Shown one piece after another: positions 1 to 9,336 of a DNA stretch of 64,000 nucleotides; the stretch's first letter is position 1, and every line of letters starts with the position of its first letter. Source of the stretch: Planctomycetota bacterium (GTDB taxonomy: Bacteria > Planctomycetota > Phycisphaerae > Phycisphaerales > SM1A02); NCBI GenBank assembly GCA_003671025.1, contig QWPW01000013.1, positions 13,998 through 77,997 on the forward strand, written 5' to 3'. Position numbers and translations under genes: made by a program. The notes beneath the pieces are model-generated. The model did not search any database, had not been told where the DNA came from, and saw only the letters and a list, made by a program, of their open reading frames with translations.

Positions 1-39
1 TCATAACGCGCATTTCGATCGCGCCTCGGCGCGCGTTGC

Positions 40-1440
40 TTAGAACGCGACTTCGACACGCAGCGTTGCAATGAACGCGCCATCCACCGCCGAAGGATCG
101 CCGCCGCCTGGCGAGCTGATGTACTGCACATCAGGCTGCAACACGATGCCGCGATCAAGTTGGAAACGGTAGAACAGCTCGAAAATGCCTTCGTTTCCGC
201 CAGTCGCGGTGCTACCAGGCGCGGTGTACACCAAGGGATCATCGCTAAACAACGTGACGCCGGCCATGAATCCTGCGCAGTCATCTGGTCGTGCCGCAAA
301 GGGCGAGCGACAAATCACGCCCGCAGCAGTGCTCCACTCTGCTTGCACTTTCGATGGGTCGCTCCAGCCGGTTTGGCTGAACAATTCGAAGCGCGTGGCG
401 CTGTCATCGGCGTCGTGCAAATCTTGAGTGATGGTGAAGTAGAGACCTCCCGAGTCATCGACGACTTTCGTTCCGACGGCCGTCGAACGAATCGTCTCTC
501 CGATTTGCATCCATGCTCCGACGGTGGCATTTCCGCGCCAACCATCGGTGCCGAGATTCCACGTGGGACCAAAGTCCGCGATGACAAACGTGCCGCCGTC
601 AAACATGTTCGAGAGTCCGCGATTGCCCGTGCGCGGACCGTTGGAACCAGTGCTCGTGTTGTACGCCGCACTGGAACCATCGAAGATTCCCGCTTGCGCA
701 AGCCACTTTGTGTCGGTCGGTTCACTGCCGCCAAACTGCCACTGCACCATCGCACCGAACGCGGGATTGGGATACGTCGGAAGGTAACCCAACATCGTCG
801 CGGGTTCGGTGTCGGCAACATGAAGGAACGGACCAGCATTAGGCACGATGGCGAAGAAGCGATTGGAGTCGATCTTGCCGACGGTGGCGGTCACTCCGCT
901 GTCACCGAGTTTCTGTTGCCACCACAGTTCAGACAACTGAAAGATCTCATCGCCGAGCACGGGGTTCATGACATCCCAACCCCAGTAATCGCCGACGCCC
1001 AGCGGTGAATCGCCAAACCAATTCCAGTATTGAAGGTCTGCGAAAATCGTTCCACCGTCGAGCAACTTCGCAGTACCAAGATCAAAGGTGATCGAGAGGT
1101 CGAGCAGGTATTGCCCAGTCTGAAAGTCTTCCATGCCTCCCGACGACGCCGAGAGATCGGTGGTCGCGAGCAGTTCAACGTCAAGACCAAGATCAGCCAA
1201 CGCGCGACGCGAACCATAGAGATCGCCGAGTAATCGATCGTCAAACCCAGGGCTCACGAAACCATGTGTGGCAAAGCGCGGATCGGCGCCTTCCAAATCT
1301 GCGGTGGCAGTGGGAACTTCTTGCGCGTCGGTTGGAGTTGCGGGCGCGCTCTGCGCAGCGGTCATGCTGGTGTTGGCCAGCATCGCCATCGACGCGAGCG
1401 AAAGAGAGACACGAGTTGAGAACTGGCGAGATGACTTCAT
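40..1440 (-). CDS. Outer-membrane beta-barrel porin, OprB (carbohydrate-selective porin)-like
   Basis: 466-aa ORF with ATG at 1440. Signal-like N-terminus (SLSLASMAMLANTSMTAAQSA), Gly/aromatic-rich strand-like segments, and a C-terminus ...LRVEVAF ending in Phe as in OM barrels. Family call is recall-based. Confidence 0.5.
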   Translation of the reverse strand: MKSSRQFSTRVSLSLASMAMLANTSMTAAQSAPATPTDAQEVPTATADLEGADPRFATHGFVSPGFDDRLLGDLYGSRRALADLGLDVELLATTDLSASSGGMEDFQTGQYLLDLSITFDLGTAKLLDGGTIFADLQYWNWFGDSPLGVGDYWGWDVMNPVLGDEIFQLSELWWQQKLGDSGVTATVGKIDSNRFFAIVPNAGPFLHVADTEPATMLGYLPTYPNPAFGAMVQWQFGGSEPTDTKWLAQAGIFDGSSAAYNTSTGSNGPRTGNRGLSNMFDGGTFVIADFGPTWNLGTDGWRGNATVGAWMQIGETIRSTAVGTKVVDDSGGLYFTITQDLHDADDSATRFELFSQTGWSDPSKVQAEWSTAAGVICRSPFAARPDDCAGFMAGVTLFSDDPLVYTAPGSTATGGNEGIFELFYRFQLDRGIVLQPDVQYISSPGGGDPSAVDGAFIATLRVEVAF

Positions 1441-1559
1441 TTCGGGTTTCTCGATTGAACTAGCGGGTGAAGGATTCGCACCCTGCGTCGGTTGCTCAGC
1501 TCATCGACTTCTTCGATTGATCGCAGTCGGTGGGGCAATGGGGTAGATACACATCTCAA

Positions 1560-3641
1560 CTACTTCAATAACGACGCTTGCACCGAGCCCGGAGCACCCG
1601 AAAGCAGACGTTGTTCGATTTCTGCGGCAATTCCCGCGACAAACGCATCAAAGGGCATCTCGCCGAGGTTCGCTTCGATGCCGCGCGCGCGCACGCTGAC
1701 CACGCGATTCTCTGCGTCACGCGGACCGACCACGGCCATGCAGGGGATCTTCTCGTCCACCGCAACTTTGATTTTCGCTTGCACGCGGTCGTTGGAAAGA
1801 TCGACGGTCGCGCGCACGCCTTTGGCCTTGAGTGCCGTGACGAGTTCGTTGGCGTAGGCCTCGGACTTTTCCGAAATCGGCAGCACGCGCACTTGCTCGG
1901 GCGAGAGCCACATGGGAAACGCGCCCGCGAAATGTTCGATGAGTACGCCGACGAATCGCTCCATCGAACCAAACGGCGCGCGATGAATCATCACGGGGCG
2001 ATGCGCCTTGTTGTCGGCACCGGTGTAGGAGAGATCAAAGCGAATAGGCAAGTTGTAATCCACTTGCACCGTGCCCAATTGCCACGAGCGACCGATGACA
2101 TCGCGCACGATGAAGTCAATCTTCGGTCCGTAGAACGCGGCCTCGCCCGGCTCTTCGCTGTAGGGAACTCCCAGTGTCGCCGCAGCGTCGCGACACGCTG
2201 CTTCGGCCTTGTCCCAGTGCGCGGAATCGCCGACATACTTCGCACTATCAGGGTCGCGCAGACCAACGCGCACGCGATAGTCGTGCATGCCCAACGTGCC
2301 AAAGATGAGCTTCACAATCGAAAGACATCCCAACACTTCTTCGGCCACTTGATCTTCGCGCACGAAGAGATGCGCATCGTCTTGAGTGAATCCGCGCACG
2401 CGAGTCATGCCGCCAATCTCGCCGGATTGCTCCCAGCGATAGACCGTGCCGAACTCAGCCAAGCGCACGGGCATGTCGCGGTAGCTGTGTGGCTCACTCG
2501 CGAAAATGCGAATGTGATGCGGGCAATTCATCGGCTTGAGCATGTAGCCGTCGATTTCGCCGGCGGCCATGCGATTGCTCAAGTCGCCGCATGTGCAGCC
2601 TTCGCTGGCGAGCTTGCTCATCTCATCGTGTTCGATGATCGGCGGATACTGACTCTCGCGGTAGTAAGGGAAGTGACCGCTGGTGCGATAGAGCTCGAGC
2701 TTGCCGATGTGCGGCGTATACACCTGGAAATAGCCTTGTCGGCGCAACTCGGTGCCGATGAAGTTTTGCAACTCGGTGCGCACGATGCTGCCCTTGGGGG
2801 TCCACAGCACCAGGCCTTGTCCCACCATCTCGTCGATGTGAAACAGTCGCAGTTGCTTGCCCAGCACGCGGTGATCGCGCTTCTTCGCTTCGTCTTGTTG
2901 CGCGGTGTATTGCGCGAGTTCTTCTTTGGACGCGAACGCGGTTCCGTACACGCGAGTGAGACGGTCGCTCTTCTCGTCACCCTTCCAATAGCTTGAGGCG
3001 AGCGAGAGCACTTTGAACGCGCCGATCTTTCCCGTCGCGGGAACGTGCGGACCGCGGCAGAGGTCTTCCCAGTTGGTGCCAGGAACACCAGTCGCGTACC
3101 ACGAGAGCGTCTTCGATCCTGCTTCCGCGGCGCGCGTGGCGTTGTCGAGTTTGTACTTCGATCCCTCGCGCTCCAATTTGGCGATGCCTTGCGCGAGGTC
3201 AAGTTCGTAGCGGGTGAAAGTGCGGTTTTCCCCGATGATTTTGGCCATTTCCGCTTCGACGCGTTCGAAGTCATCAGTGGACATCGCTTGCCCCGCGGGG
3301 AAGGCCATGTCGTAATAGAAGTTCGTTTCGAGCGGTGGTCCGTACACCAACGACACGCCGGGGAAGAGTCGTTGAATCGCCTCGGCCATGATGTGCGCGC
3401 ACGAGTGGCGCAGCAGCAACAACGCGTCGGGGCTCACGGTGCCATCGCGATTTTTTGCGGTGACGACGGCCACGCGCGCGTCCTGCTCGATGACATGTGC
3501 GAGATCGACGAGCGTGCCATCGACTTTGGCGCCGAGCGCCGCTTTGGCCAGGCCCGCGCCGATCGATGCGGCAACCTGTGCAGCAGTAGGGGCGGACTCG
3601 AATTCTTTGACGGTGCCGTCAGGCAGTGTGATGCGAACCAT
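1560..3641 (-). CDS. thrS: Threonyl-tRNA synthetase
   Basis: TGS-domain start MVRITLPDGTVKEF, editing-domain HSCAHIMAEA, class II core (..HRAPFGSMERF..) and an anticodon-binding C-terminus. ATG at 3641 is preferred over the GTG at 3665 used by the ORF track. Confidence 0.95.
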   Translation of the reverse strand: MVRITLPDGTVKEFESAPTAAQVAASIGAGLAKAALGAKVDGTLVDLAHVIEQDARVAVVTAKNRDGTVSPDALLLLRHSCAHIMAEAIQRLFPGVSLVYGPPLETNFYYDMAFPAGQAMSTDDFERVEAEMAKIIGENRTFTRYELDLAQGIAKLEREGSKYKLDNATRAAEAGSKTLSWYATGVPGTNWEDLCRGPHVPATGKIGAFKVLSLASSYWKGDEKSDRLTRVYGTAFASKEELAQYTAQQDEAKKRDHRVLGKQLRLFHIDEMVGQGLVLWTPKGSIVRTELQNFIGTELRRQGYFQVYTPHIGKLELYRTSGHFPYYRESQYPPIIEHDEMSKLASEGCTCGDLSNRMAAGEIDGYMLKPMNCPHHIRIFASEPHSYRDMPVRLAEFGTVYRWEQSGEIGGMTRVRGFTQDDAHLFVREDQVAEEVLGCLSIVKLIFGTLGMHDYRVRVGLRDPDSAKYVGDSAHWDKAEAACRDAAATLGVPYSEEPGEAAFYGPKIDFIVRDVIGRSWQLGTVQVDYNLPIRFDLSYTGADNKAHRPVMIHRAPFGSMERFVGVLIEHFAGAFPMWLSPEQVRVLPISEKSEAYANELVTALKAKGVRATVDLSNDRVQAKIKVAVDEKIPCMAVVGPRDAENRVVSVRARGIEANLGEMPFDAFVAGIAAEIEQRLLSGAPGSVQASLLK

Positions 3642-3714
3642 AAGGGTCGCGAGTGTACCGATCACAGTGGTCGCGTCGCGCGCAACGCCGAGGCCTCAAA
3701 GGTACTCTTGCGCC

Positions 3715-6012
3715 ATGATTACTCCTCTCGTTGCATGGATGCTGGCGCCCATCGTGATGCCAGTGGTGATGAACGTGCCGCCAAGTGCGCTGCCCGAAGT
3801 GATCGTCGATCGCGACAACATCGTGGTGCGCGAGAGTTGCACGCTCCGATTTTCCAAGAGCATCAGCGATGACGATGGAAACGGCGTCGTTCATATTGAG
3901 GGCGATGGAATCACCGTTGATCTCGGCGCGGGCACGCTCGCATCGAGCGCAGACGCGGCGACTCCCGAGAAGTTCAGCGGCATGGGCATCGTGCTGCGCG
4001 CGAAGAACGTGACGCTGCGCAACGGAGCTGTGCGCGGGTTCAAAGTGGCCATCTCAGCCTCCGCATGCGATGGCAGCACCTTTGAACAACTCAATGTCTC
4101 GGGCAACTACGCGCAGCGATTGCTCTCCACGTTCGAAGCGGAAAACTCGCAGGATTGGCTGTTTCCCCACCAAAACGATGAAGGCCAATGGGCGACGCAA
4201 CATGGCGCGGGACTCTCGGTGAGCAACGCCTCGAAGGTGGTGCTGCGTCAGATCACCAGTCACGCGACGCAAAATGGAATCTTGCTTTCGCGGGTGGTCG
4301 ACTCGCAAATCTACGACAACGACTGCTCGTTTCTTTCTGGTTGGGGCTTGGCCATGTGGCGCTCGAGTGGTAACACGATCTGTCGCAACAACTTTGACTT
4401 CTGTGTGCGCGGCTACTCGCACACGGTCTACAACCGTGGGCAGGATTCTGCGGGAATCCTGCTGTTTGAGCAGTGCAGTGAAAACATCATTGCCCTCAAC
4501 AGCGCCACGCATTGCGGTGATGGCGTGTTTGCATTCGCCGGTCGCGAGGCGCTTGGCGAGACGCCCGCGCCCATGGACGCAAGCGATGCGAGTGATCCCA
4601 AAGCGTGGTATCGCACTCGTGGAAACAACTTCAATCAGTTCATCGGGAACGATCTCTCGTGCTCAGCAGCGCACGGATTGGAGTTGACGTTTTCCTTCAG
4701 CAATCGCATCGAGAAGAATCGTTTCGAGAGCAACGCGATCTGCGGCATTTGGGGCGGATATTCGGCGCAAACGCGCATCGAAGACAACGACTTCGTCCGT
4801 AACGGCGATGCCGCGAGTGGTGGCGAGCGCGGCGGAATCAACATCGAGCACGGGCGCGAGAATCTCATCCTCGCGAATCACTTCGAGTCCAACGCGGCGG
4901 GCGTCGTGTTGTGGAACGACGTCGACGAAGCGCTTTCCAAAACGCCTTGGGCCAAGGCCAATGGCACGGATTGCTCGGGAAACAAAGTGGTTTCCAACAC
5001 CTTTACCAAAGACAAGGTTGGTATCGAGTTGCGCGAGGCGCGCGACACCGTGCTCGCCGCCAACACCTTTGTCGAAGTCGCCGTGCCCTTGCTCGAGCAG
5101 CGCACCGAGGGCACTCAGCAGCACGACGATGTGTCGTTGATCGCGGCCATCAGCGCCGCGTCGCCAACTGCCGAAACGATTGTGGCGAGCTTGCCTGGTT
5201 CGCGTCAGGCCGTGGGTATGCGCGAGAAGACGCGCGGACGATTCAACATCCTGATGGAGCGATACGGGCCCTATGCGTTCGATGCGCCGCGCTTGGCGCG
5301 CACCAATTCGTCGCAAGAGAAAGCCGACTATCGCACGCTCGGCTTTACCAACATCGTCGGTGTGGACATTGTGGGTCGCGGGCCCGTGCGCATCTTGTGG
5401 GGCTCGACCGAGTCCACGGTGCGCGTCATCGCCGAGGACACCAACTTTGTCACGCCCTACGAATTGATCGTGCGCGACAACCAACGACACAGGTGGATTT
5501 ACCGCGACATCCTCGCGCCCGTGGATTGGACGTTGCGCCTCTTCGCGACCACCGGCGATCCATTGACCGACCCTGCGTCGGTCGCGCGCGACGGTGCGAG
5601 CGCGAGCGCGATTGAGTTTACGACGCGCTCGCTTAACTTCGATTTCGGCGCGGGCACGCCTGGCAGCGTGATCGACGAACCGAAGGTGCGCGACTCGGGC
5701 CTCGGCGCGGATCACTTCGGCATGATCGCCAAGGCAAATCCCACGTTTTTGGCGGGAAAATACGCGATTGTGATCACCAGCGACGACGGCATTCGCCTCA
5801 AGGTCGACGGCAAAGTCGTGCTCGAGCATTGGGATCGCCACACTCCCACCGCCGATCGATTCGTGGTCACATTGACCGAGCCGCGCCCCGTGCCAATTGA
5901 AATTGAGTGGTTCGAACTTGACGGAAATGCGACATTCAAGGTGCATTTCGAAAGCGTGGAACCAGACATTCCCGATATGGGGCAGAGCAAGCGTTCAACA
6001 CGAATGAATTGA
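3715..6012 (+). CDS. Secreted right-handed beta-helix repeat protein with C-terminal PA14 domain (putative glycan-active enzyme)
   Basis: The ORF-track start at 3388 overlaps thrS; the in-frame ATG at 3715 gives a hydrophobic N-terminus MITPLVAWMLAPIVMPVV. Repeated N-x-I/F-x-x-N-type parallel beta-helix turns (NNFDFCVRG, NRIEKNRFESN, IEDNDFVRNG, ILANHFESN). The C-terminal segment GKYAIVITSDDGIRLKVDGKVVLEHW..FELDGNATFKVHFE is PA14-like. Confidence 0.6.
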   Translation: MITPLVAWMLAPIVMPVVMNVPPSALPEVIVDRDNIVVRESCTLRFSKSISDDDGNGVVHIEGDGITVDLGAGTLASSADAATPEKFSGMGIVLRAKNVTLRNGAVRGFKVAISASACDGSTFEQLNVSGNYAQRLLSTFEAENSQDWLFPHQNDEGQWATQHGAGLSVSNASKVVLRQITSHATQNGILLSRVVDSQIYDNDCSFLSGWGLAMWRSSGNTICRNNFDFCVRGYSHTVYNRGQDSAGILLFEQCSENIIALNSATHCGDGVFAFAGREALGETPAPMDASDASDPKAWYRTRGNNFNQFIGNDLSCSAAHGLELTFSFSNRIEKNRFESNAICGIWGGYSAQTRIEDNDFVRNGDAASGGERGGINIEHGRENLILANHFESNAAGVVLWNDVDEALSKTPWAKANGTDCSGNKVVSNTFTKDKVGIELREARDTVLAANTFVEVAVPLLEQRTEGTQQHDDVSLIAAISAASPTAETIVASLPGSRQAVGMREKTRGRFNILMERYGPYAFDAPRLARTNSSQEKADYRTLGFTNIVGVDIVGRGPVRILWGSTESTVRVIAEDTNFVTPYELIVRDNQRHRWIYRDILAPVDWTLRLFATTGDPLTDPASVARDGASASAIEFTTRSLNFDFGAGTPGSVIDEPKVRDSGLGADHFGMIAKANPTFLAGKYAIVITSDDGIRLKVDGKVVLEHWDRHTPTADRFVVTLTEPRPVPIEIEWFELDGNATFKVHFESVEPDIPDMGQSKRSTRMN

Positions 6013-6067
6013 TCGACCCACGTCGATGCTTGCGCACTCCCGAGTCTGAGCGCGTATCGAAGACCTG

Positions 6068-6559
6068 ATGATCTGCCCATTCTGCAAAGCCGACAACGAC
6101 AGCGTGATCGACAGCCGCGAGGCTGATGCGGGCGCGGCGGTGCGTCGTCGTCGTGAGTGCAACCAGTGCAAGCGGCGCTTCACGACCTACGAGCGATTCG
6201 AACGCGCTGACCGTTTGGTGGTGGTCAAACGCGATGGCACCCGCGTTCCCTTCAACGCGGCAAACGTGTTGCGCGGAATCGTGGCCGCGTGCGGCAAGCG
6301 CGCGATTTCCGAAGAGCGCAAGGCGGAGATGGTGGGCGAGGTTGAGGACGAACTCAATCGCGAGTTTGAGCGTGAGGTTTCGTCGGAGGAAATCGGTCGT
6401 CGTGTGGCCGCACGATTGCGTGCCACCGACGACATCGCCTACATCCGGTTCGCGAGCGAACACAAAAATTTCCGCCGCGTCGAAGAGATCGCGCAAGCGG
6501 TACAGGAAGTGCTCGAATCCCCCAAGGATTTGCCCGATCAAACCAAGTTGTTCGAGTGA
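6068..6559 (+). CDS. nrdR: Transcriptional repressor NrdR (zinc ribbon + ATP-cone)
   Basis: MICPFCKADNDSVIDSRE...RRRRECNQCKRRFTTYERFE zinc ribbon followed by an ATP-cone (VVKRDGTRVPFNAANVLRGI). 163 aa. Confidence 0.9.
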   Translation: MICPFCKADNDSVIDSREADAGAAVRRRRECNQCKRRFTTYERFERADRLVVVKRDGTRVPFNAANVLRGIVAACGKRAISEERKAEMVGEVEDELNREFEREVSSEEIGRRVAARLRATDDIAYIRFASEHKNFRRVEEIAQAVQEVLESPKDLPDQTKLFE

Positions 6560-6628
6560 CGCACCGGCGCACGCGTTCGCAGGCGCGGTTCACGCACGAT
6601 GTTCGAGCCGCGCCAACCGCGACGCTCG

Positions 6629-6664
6629 TGCGTTCAGACTTGCGTTCAGATTTGCGTTCAGATT
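6629..6664. repeat. 12-bp tandem repeat x3 (TGCGTTCAGAYT) spanning the frr stop codon
   Basis: Units at 6629-6640, 6641-6652 and 6653-6664. On the minus strand each unit carries an in-frame TGA (6658, 6646, 6634). Confidence 0.9.
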
Positions 6665-7224
6665 TCCTCGACCTCAGCGCACTTTTTCGTACACAGCGCC
6701 TCGACTTGCTCGCAGTACTTCTTGGTGAGTTCGTCGATGTCGTCCTTTGACGTCTTCGCGGAGTCTTCCGAAATCGGATGTTTCTTATCCGCTTCGAGCG
6801 CGTCGATCGCTTTGTTGGCGTCGCGTCGCTCGTTGCGGATCGAGACCTTCGATTCCTCAGAGAGCTTCCTCACCTGAAGCACCAACTGCTTTCGGCGCTC
6901 CGATGAAGGCGCGGGGACATTGATGCGGATGATCTGTCCGTCGGACATGGGATTGAGTCCCAATCCCGAGGTTTCGATGGCGCGCACGATTTCGCTCTTG
7001 GAGCTGGGGTCGAAGGGCTTCACGACCAACTGGGTTGCTTCGGCAATGGTGATTGAGGCGAGTTCGCGCAAATCAGTGTGCGAGCCGTAGTAATCGACCT
7101 TGATGTACTCGAGCAGTGCAGTGCTCGCGCGTCCGGTGCGCAGGCCGCGCAATTCACGCTGCAAATACTCCGTCGAGCGTTGCATGCGTTCTTCCGTCTC
7201 GATGTTGATCGTGTCAAGGTCCAT
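6658..7224 (-). CDS. frr: Ribosome recycling factor
   Basis: 188 aa from the ATG at 7224 (MDLDTINIETEERMQRSTEYLQRELRGLRTGRAS..VDYYG..LVVKPFD..). The ORF-track N-terminal extension to 7539 was rejected. Confidence 0.9.
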   Translation of the reverse strand: MDLDTINIETEERMQRSTEYLQRELRGLRTGRASTALLEYIKVDYYGSHTDLRELASITIAEATQLVVKPFDPSSKSEIVRAIETSGLGLNPMSDGQIIRINVPAPSSERRKQLVLQVRKLSEESKVSIRNERRDANKAIDALEADKKHPISEDSAKTSKDDIDELTKKYCEQVEALCTKKCAEVEEI

Positions 7225-7342
7225 GGCGCCAATGTAACAGCCGCTCGGGGAAGCGATCATGTTCGAGTGATGCACGGCGCATCGAAGAAAACAGTTGAGT
7301 TCACGCCTTGACCGCGCGCGCGATTGTCGATGGAATGAACAC

Positions 7343-8068
7343 ATGTCCGCTTCCAAAGTTGCGCAACGACTCGTTCTCAAAATCAGCGGCGAGAGTCTGT
7401 CGCCGGTGGGGCAATTGGGAATCGACACCCAAGAACTCAAGTTGATCGCGGCCGAGATTTCGTCGGCCTGCGAACTCGGCGGACAAATCGCCGTAGTAGT
7501 CGGTGGCGGCAACATCATTCGCGGCGCACGGTTGGCCAAGGATGGAGTCGTCCATCAATCGACTGCGGATTACATGGGCATGTTGGGCACGATCATCAAT
7601 GGACTCGCGCTCAAAGAGGCACTCGAAGGAATGGGTCGGCCCGCGCGCGTGATGTCGGCGATCAACGTGCCCGCGGTGGCAGAGCCGTTCATTCGCGGCC
7701 GCGCAGTGAGCCATTTGGAAAAGGGCCGCGTGATCATTCTCGTCGCGGGAACGGGCAATCCATTCTTCACCACCGACACGTGCGCGAGTTTGCGCGGCAT
7801 TGAACTCAACGCCAGCGTGCTACTCAAGGCGACGAAGGTCGACGGCGTGTACACCGCCGATCCCAAGAAAGACCCAACCGCGACACGGTTTGATCGATTG
7901 ACTTTCGCGGAGGCGATCGAACGTCAACTCGGAGTCATGGATATGACCGCGCTCACCATGTGCATGGAGCACAATCTTCCGGTGTGCGTGTTTGACTACA
8001 AAGCCCCAGGAAACATTCGTCGCGTCGTCGCGGGTGAACGCATCGGCACGTTGCTGACGAGAGATTGA
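7343..8068 (+). CDS. pyrH: UMP kinase
   Basis: RLVLKISGESL...VVVGGGNIIRG...MLGTIINGLAL..ILVAGTGNPFFTTDTCASLRGIE..VDGVYTADP motifs. ATG at 7343. Confidence 0.9.
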   Translation: MSASKVAQRLVLKISGESLSPVGQLGIDTQELKLIAAEISSACELGGQIAVVVGGGNIIRGARLAKDGVVHQSTADYMGMLGTIINGLALKEALEGMGRPARVMSAINVPAVAEPFIRGRAVSHLEKGRVIILVAGTGNPFFTTDTCASLRGIELNASVLLKATKVDGVYTADPKKDPTATRFDRLTFAEAIERQLGVMDMTALTMCMEHNLPVCVFDYKAPGNIRRVVAGERIGTLLTRD

Positions 8069-8137
8069 TCAGTCCTTGATCAGTCCCTGATCAGGCTTTG
8101 ATCAGTCTCTGAGAGGACTTCGCCAATCCGTGATCAG
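8066..8137. promoter_or_regulatory. Phased TGATCAG repeat cluster (candidate operator / GATC cluster)
   Basis: TGATCAG at 8066, 8077, 8088 and 8099 (exact 11-bp phasing) and again at 8131. The first copy contains the pyrH stop codon; the cluster lies upstream of the vWA-ExbBD operon. Confidence 0.4.
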
Positions 8138-8274
8138 GCGTCGGTCATCGGTGGACCGTTCGCAACTAGAAATGTTGCGGGGACGGTCGCGTGATTTGCG
8201 CAACCTTCCGAAAACCCAGCGAGTCCGTAGAATCGCGGGCTCGCACTCTCGTATCTGGTCTTGTGCCTTTGACG

Positions 8275-9336
8275 ATGCCTCGCCGATCTTCGACTCCTAA
8301 CTCCTCCCCGGGGTCCATATTGGCGACACGCGACGCGCGTGCGGGTGAAACGTCGAGGGCCGATGAACTGCAACTAACTCCGCGCGAACGTGTGCATCGC
8401 GAACGGCAGCGCATTACCCGCGAGCGTTGGGTGCATCTGCTGCTGCTGGGCTTCGCGCTCTCGATCATCGTGCATGTCGGAATGATGGTGCAGTTGTGGT
8501 GGATTCGCGCGCCCGAACGCGTCGAGCAGGGTGTTCCTTCGATGGAGGTCACGCTGCAATCGCTGCCGCAAGCGGTGAACGTTTCAGACATGGTTGAGTT
8601 GCCGGATCCTTCGCCGCGACCAGCGGGACCGATCACTGCTGAGCTCGATCCTCTGCCCAATCTTTCCACGGATCTTGCGAATTCAAATCCAAACGCAAAC
8701 GACATCGGTGTCATTGCCGCGCCAGGCATCGGCGCGATTGTTGGCAGCGGCGGGCCTGCAAGTGGAATTGGAATCGGCAGTGGGAAAGGCGGCGGGGGCA
8801 CCAGTTTTTTCGGTGTCGGAGGACGCGGTTCGCGCTTTGCGTTTGTGGTCGATGTCTCAGGATCGATGGAACAAGACAATCGCTTAGGCACCGCACTGGC
8901 GGAACTCAAGCGATCCATCGGCGCGCTGCCTGATTACGCGCAGTTCTATGTGGTGTTGTTTTCCAACGATGCGATTCGTCCCGACTTCGAGGCCAACGGT
9001 TGGTTGCGCGCGACGCGTACCAACATCGCGCGCATGAAGACATGGATCGACACGCAGCCTTCGCGTGGCGGAACGTATCCCTATGACGCACTGAAGATTT
9101 GTTACACGCTGCCCCAGCCACCCGATGTCATCTTCTTTCTCACCGACGGTGAGATCCCCGTGGACTCTGCGGAGTTGGTGCGCGCTCTCGCGAAGGACGT
9201 CAAAGGGGATGTGGTGGTTAACACCATCGGATTTTCCAGCGAAGCAGGCAAAGACCAACTGATCGAGATTGCCCAGCAAAACCGCGGGGTTTTCCGCTTT
9301 GTGCCCGTGCGCGGTGGAACGCCGGTGACGCCATGA
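8275..9336 (+). CDS. Membrane-anchored von Willebrand factor type A (vWA/MIDAS) protein with TonB-like S-x3-H signal anchor
   Basis: Single TM WVHLLLLGFALSIIVHVGMMVQLWW, a Pro/Gly-rich linker, then vWA (FAFVVDVSGSM MIDAS start, ..GGTYPYDAL.., VIFFLTDGE). The start may be 8191 or 8275. Confidence 0.7.
   Translation: MPRRSSTPNSSPGSILATRDARAGETSRADELQLTPRERVHRERQRITRERWVHLLLLGFALSIIVHVGMMVQLWWIRAPERVEQGVPSMEVTLQSLPQAVNVSDMVELPDPSPRPAGPITAELDPLPNLSTDLANSNPNANDIGVIAAPGIGAIVGSGGPASGIGIGSGKGGGGTSFFGVGGRGSRFAFVVDVSGSMEQDNRLGTALAELKRSIGALPDYAQFYVVLFSNDAIRPDFEANGWLRATRTNIARMKTWIDTQPSRGGTYPYDALKICYTLPQPPDVIFFLTDGEIPVDSAELVRALAKDVKGDVVVNTIGFSSEAGKDQLIEIAQQNRGVFRFVPVRGGTPVTP

Noticed and set aside
1578-2996. 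472-aa plus-strand ORF antisense to thrS
   Set aside because: This is a shadow ORF typical of high-GC DNA. The opposite strand encodes an unmistakable threonyl-tRNA synthetase, and the product here is Arg/Ala/His-rich with no motif.
3388-3714. N-terminal extensions of track ORFs (3388-3714, 7225-7539, 25122-25373, 30088-30360, 43340-43486, 24164-24238, 25059-25253, 33839-33988, 54330-54413)
   Set aside because: The extensions overlap neighbouring genes or lack family similarity. In each case an internal ATG coincides with the start of the recognisable domain or signal peptide.
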